A DNA stretch of 20,225 nucleotides from an uncultured delta proteobacterium (GTDB taxonomy: Bacteria > Desulfobacterota > Syntrophobacteria > BM002): NCBI GenBank assembly GCA_963712115.1, contig CAVQGX010000060.1, positions 1 through 20,225 of the forward strand, in the 5' to 3' direction. Shown here in pieces: positions 17,095-20,225 of this stretch (positions are counted from its first letter, which is position 1; each line of letters starts with the position of its first letter). The notes beneath the pieces are model-generated. The model worked only from the letters and a program-made list of their open reading frames with translations, ran no database searches and was not told the DNA's origin. A program made the position numbers and the translations under genes.

Positions 17095-18743
17095 AGACAA
17101 GACTGAAGATACTTGTGCAGGCTGCCGCTGTTTTTCTCGCCGGACTTTTGCTCTCCTGCACCCCGAGCAGGCACCACGATAGCCAGAGCGACTCTCAAAT
17201 CCATCATCTGGTGGTTCTCCACACCAATGACACCCACGGACACCCGGTTAAGTTTTTCCAGTATCCTGCGCCAGATGTTGGCGGACTTCCTGCTCGGGCA
17301 ACGGTTGTCAATAGGATTAGAGAACAGCACAGAAATGTTCTAGTTTTAGATGCAGGTGATTTGAACACTGGGAGGCTGGAGTCCAATCTTTTCAAGGCCA
17401 GACCAGACCTAGAGGGTTACAACTACATTGGCTACGATGCAATGGCGATAGGCAATCATGAATTTGATAATCCAATGGGAGTGCTGAAAGAACAAATGGA
17501 GCTGGCAACCTTTCCCCTTATCTCTGCCAATGTGAGGACTAAAGGGAGCGATTACCTGGCTGAACCTTACATCATTAAAGAATTAGATGGCCTTAAAGTA
17601 GCCATCTTTGGTCTCACTACTAAAGAGACTGAAGTCATAGGAAACCCTGAAAACACTAGAGATCTGCTGTTTGAGGATGAGATTGAAATTGCAAACGCTC
17701 TGGTCCCGGAGTTGCGAAGGAAAGCGGACCTCGTAATCGCACTTGTGCACCTGGGTATATACGACTCCTCCAGCAAAGGCTCTAAAAGATTGGCTTATGA
17801 GGTAAGTGGTATCGATCTCATTGTTGACGGACACAGCCACACAAAACTTGACGCTCCCATAGTTGTTACGCATCCCTTAACGGGCCATAACACACCAATA
17901 GTCCAGGCATGGAAGTGGGGCCTGATTCTGGGCAAGGTCGATCTATTTGTTCAGAACAAGAGAGTAATTGATTACAGGTTTGAAGCAATTCCCATTAATC
18001 TTAAGGAGGTGGAGAAAAGACCGGATGGAGCCAAGGTGTATCATTTCATCGGCGAAGAGATCCCCGAGGATCCAAAACTCTTAGATCTGCTGGAGCCATA
18101 CGTTGCCAAAGCGGAATCGGTCCTTTTCAAGGTTATAGGGCAGGCGGAGGCAACTTTTTTTTATGATGGTGTAAGAGAAGAGGAAAATCCCTTGGGCAAC
18201 CTGGTTGCTGATTCTATGCTTTGGTACACTAAATATCTAGGGGCGGATTTTGCCCTGCAAAACGGCGGAGGTATACGGGCCGATCTTCCTGAAGGTCAGC
18301 TTACAGAGAGGATGATCTACGAGGCACTTCCCTTTGACAGTACGGTGGTTGTGTTGACCCTGGACGGCAAGAGTGTCCAATCTCTCTTTGAATACATGGC
18401 CAAGATCTCAAGCGGCCAAGGAGGATTTCCACAGGTGTCGGAAGGAGTGTCAATGACAATCGACATGAGCAAAAAGAAATGTACACAAGTTATGATAAAC
18501 GGCAAACCCCTTGATAAGAGCAGAAACTATAAGATTGCCACCAACTCCTATTTGGCGGCTGGTGGAGATGGATACAGGATCTTTCTGAAGGCCATCGATG
18601 CTTATGATAGCTCGATGTTTCAAAGAGACGTCCTGATTGAATACATCGAATATCTGGGCGGCAGAATCAAGCCGCAAATCTTAGACAGGATACAAATTCT
18701 GGGCAAAGGAGGACAGGCCGAATTACTTCAAGAGGCCGCTTAG
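17091..18743 (+). CDS. Bifunctional metallophosphatase / 5'-nucleotidase (UshA-like) lipoprotein
   Basis: LLLSC lipobox; HTNDTHG, LDAGD, GNHEFD, HLG, DGHSH; C-domain NGGGIR, LPF, QVS, ATNSYLAAGGDGY. Confidence 0.95.
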   Translation: MKTRLKILVQAAAVFLAGLLLSCTPSRHHDSQSDSQIHHLVVLHTNDTHGHPVKFFQYPAPDVGGLPARATVVNRIREQHRNVLVLDAGDLNTGRLESNLFKARPDLEGYNYIGYDAMAIGNHEFDNPMGVLKEQMELATFPLISANVRTKGSDYLAEPYIIKELDGLKVAIFGLTTKETEVIGNPENTRDLLFEDEIEIANALVPELRRKADLVIALVHLGIYDSSSKGSKRLAYEVSGIDLIVDGHSHTKLDAPIVVTHPLTGHNTPIVQAWKWGLILGKVDLFVQNKRVIDYRFEAIPINLKEVEKRPDGAKVYHFIGEEIPEDPKLLDLLEPYVAKAESVLFKVIGQAEATFFYDGVREEENPLGNLVADSMLWYTKYLGADFALQNGGGIRADLPEGQLTERMIYEALPFDSTVVVLTLDGKSVQSLFEYMAKISSGQGGFPQVSEGVSMTIDMSKKKCTQVMINGKPLDKSRNYKIATNSYLAAGGDGYRIFLKAIDAYDSSMFQRDVLIEYIEYLGGRIKPQILDRIQILGKGGQAELLQEAA

Positions 18744-18811
18744 TCCTTTCGACGTTTACAAAGTAGATATGGTCAAAAGATTGGGGCCAAATCTAATAAG
18801 GGAGAGAGCTA

Positions 18812-20225
18812 ATGGTTATGCTCCAAAAAAACCTCGGAATATTCTCTCTGATTATACTTCTGGTTTTCTGGATAGCGTCGTGCGCTATAAATCCCGTGAC
18901 CGGTCAACGAGAGCTGATGCTCCTCGACGAACAGGAAGAGATCGAGCTGGGCCGGCAGGTCAACATCCAGGTGGTGCAAGAGTTCGGGATCTACGACGAT
19001 CCAGAGTTGAGCACCTATGTCAATGATTTCTGCCAGAAGTTGGCTAAGATCTCCCATCGACCCAATCTGCCCTATGATTGTAAGGTTATGGACTCACCTG
19101 TGGTTAACGCTTTTGCAGTGCCGGGCGGTTACATCTACTTCACCCGGGGGATTTTGGCTTACCTAAACAGCGAGGCGGAGATGATCGGCGTAATGGGGCA
19201 CGAACTTGGACACGTTACGGCGAGACATTCCGCTCAGCAGTACAGCAGGGCCCAACTGGCCCAGGTGGGGCTGGGGGTAGGCATGATCTTTTTGGATTAT
19301 CTCCCAGCTATTGCGGGAGAGGTGGCCCAACTTGGTGTGCAGATGCTGTTTTTAAAGTTCAGCCGGGATAATGAGCGGCAATCGGATGACTTGGGCGTGG
19401 AATATGCCAGCAGGCTTGGCTATGACGGAGAACAAATGGCGAACTTCTTTGACACCTTGGATCGGATGCGCCCGAGTTCAGAGGGAAGTCCATTACCTGA
19501 CTGGTTTTCCACCCACCCGAACCCGGCGGAACGAAACCAGACGGTTAGCCTTAGGGCAAGAGAGTGGCAGGATAAGCTGAACCTCAGAAAACCCAAGATT
19601 AACCGCGACGAATACCTCAGGAGGATCGACGGCTTAGTCTTTGGAGAAAATCCCCGCCAGGGTTTCGTTGAAAACAACATCTTTTATCATCCTAATCTGC
19701 GTTTCGAGTTTCCTGTACCTCAGGGCTGGATATTGCAGAACACTCCCGCTTTCATTCGCCTGGTCAGTCCTAAAAAAGATGCAATGATTATTTTCACCAT
19801 CTCCCCAGAGGGGCCCCCGAAGCAGGCAGCTCTGCAATTCGCCCAGAAAAATAAGGCTGAGGTGATTGAATCGAGTCCAACTGAGGTAAATGGTCTGCCC
19901 GCTCACCGGTTGATCTCAGAGGTAAGATCGTCGCAAGGAGTTTTGACCATAAAGTCTTACTTTATTGAGAAGGAAGGTAAGGTCTATATGTTCCATGGTC
20001 TCACCTCTCCGGTCCGCTTCGATCAATACTCTCCCACTTTTGGCATTACCATGGAGAAGTTTAGAGAGCTCACCGACCCGAAAAAACTTGGAGTCAAACC
20101 CCACCAAGTTCGAATGCGCTCTGTTCCTCAAGGAGGGTCAGTGCGAGGAGTCCTTCTTGCACTCGGGGTACCCGAGGATGATCTGGAAAAAACGGCCTTG
20201 CTCAACGGCAAAACCTTAAATGACA
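18812..20225 (+). CDS. M48-family (BepA/YfgC-like) zinc metalloprotease lipoprotein, truncated by the window end; absent from the ORF track
   Basis: Manual translation from ATG 18812 (GGGAGAG RBS): ...WIASCAINPVTGQRELMLL, VNAFAVPGGYIYFTRG, GHELGH, FSRDNERQSD, WFSTHP, ...TALLNG; these motifs and the window end are all in one frame. Confidence 0.92.
   Translation, partial: MVMLQKNLGIFSLIILLVFWIASCAINPVTGQRELMLLDEQEEIELGRQVNIQVVQEFGIYDDPELSTYVNDFCQKLAKISHRPNLPYDCKVMDSPVVNAFAVPGGYIYFTRGILAYLNSEAEMIGVMGHELGHVTARHSAQQYSRAQLAQVGLGVGMIFLDYLPAIAGEVAQLGVQMLFLKFSRDNERQSDDLGVEYASRLGYDGEQMANFFDTLDRMRPSSEGSPLPDWFSTHPNPAERNQTVSLRAREWQDKLNLRKPKINRDEYLRRIDGLVFGENPRQGFVENNIFYHPNLRFEFPVPQGWILQNTPAFIRLVSPKKDAMIIFTISPEGPPKQAALQFAQKNKAEVIESSPTEVNGLPAHRLISEVRSSQGVLTIKSYFIEKEGKVYMFHGLTSPVRFDQYSPTFGITMEKFRELTDPKKLGVKPHQVRMRSVPQGGSVRGVLLALGVPEDDLEKTALLNGKTLND

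Noticed and set aside
18769-20219. Short track ORFs at 18769, 18809, 19371, 19420, 19634, 19916 and 19965
   Set aside because: All overlap the M48 peptidase frame starting at 18812.

Overview
Bacterial chromosomal region, most likely from a deltaproteobacterium/Desulfobacterota. This is inferred from gene content (stand-alone PilZ proteins, sigma-54 promoters, Trk, M15/M99 peptidase homology) and heptamer-based intergenic repeats. The left end has a zinc-ribbon-fused HtpX protease and a lipoprotein-PilZ pair next to a 161-bp MITE. An accessory stretch (~3.4-10.2 kb) holds an Ig-like secreted protein with an in-frame TAG, a DUF2092 operon, an M23 peptidase and a VanZ remnant, separated by three copies of an ~85-bp self-complementary element. 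It also holds a complete TPP riboswitch unit (promoter, aptamer, antiterminator, terminator) with no downstream gene, bracketed by ~70-bp inverted repeats. The right half holds an apparent M15/M99 peptidase chimera, trkH-trkA, a PilZ-ribbon-helix-helix fusion, a Cys-rich FMN TIM-barrel-like protein coupled to a 5'-nucleotidase, and an M48 lipoprotein peptidase that runs off the window and is missing from the ORF track. No rRNA, tRNA, CRISPR array, integrase or transposase gene was seen. Family assignments are by motif recognition only; no searches were run.
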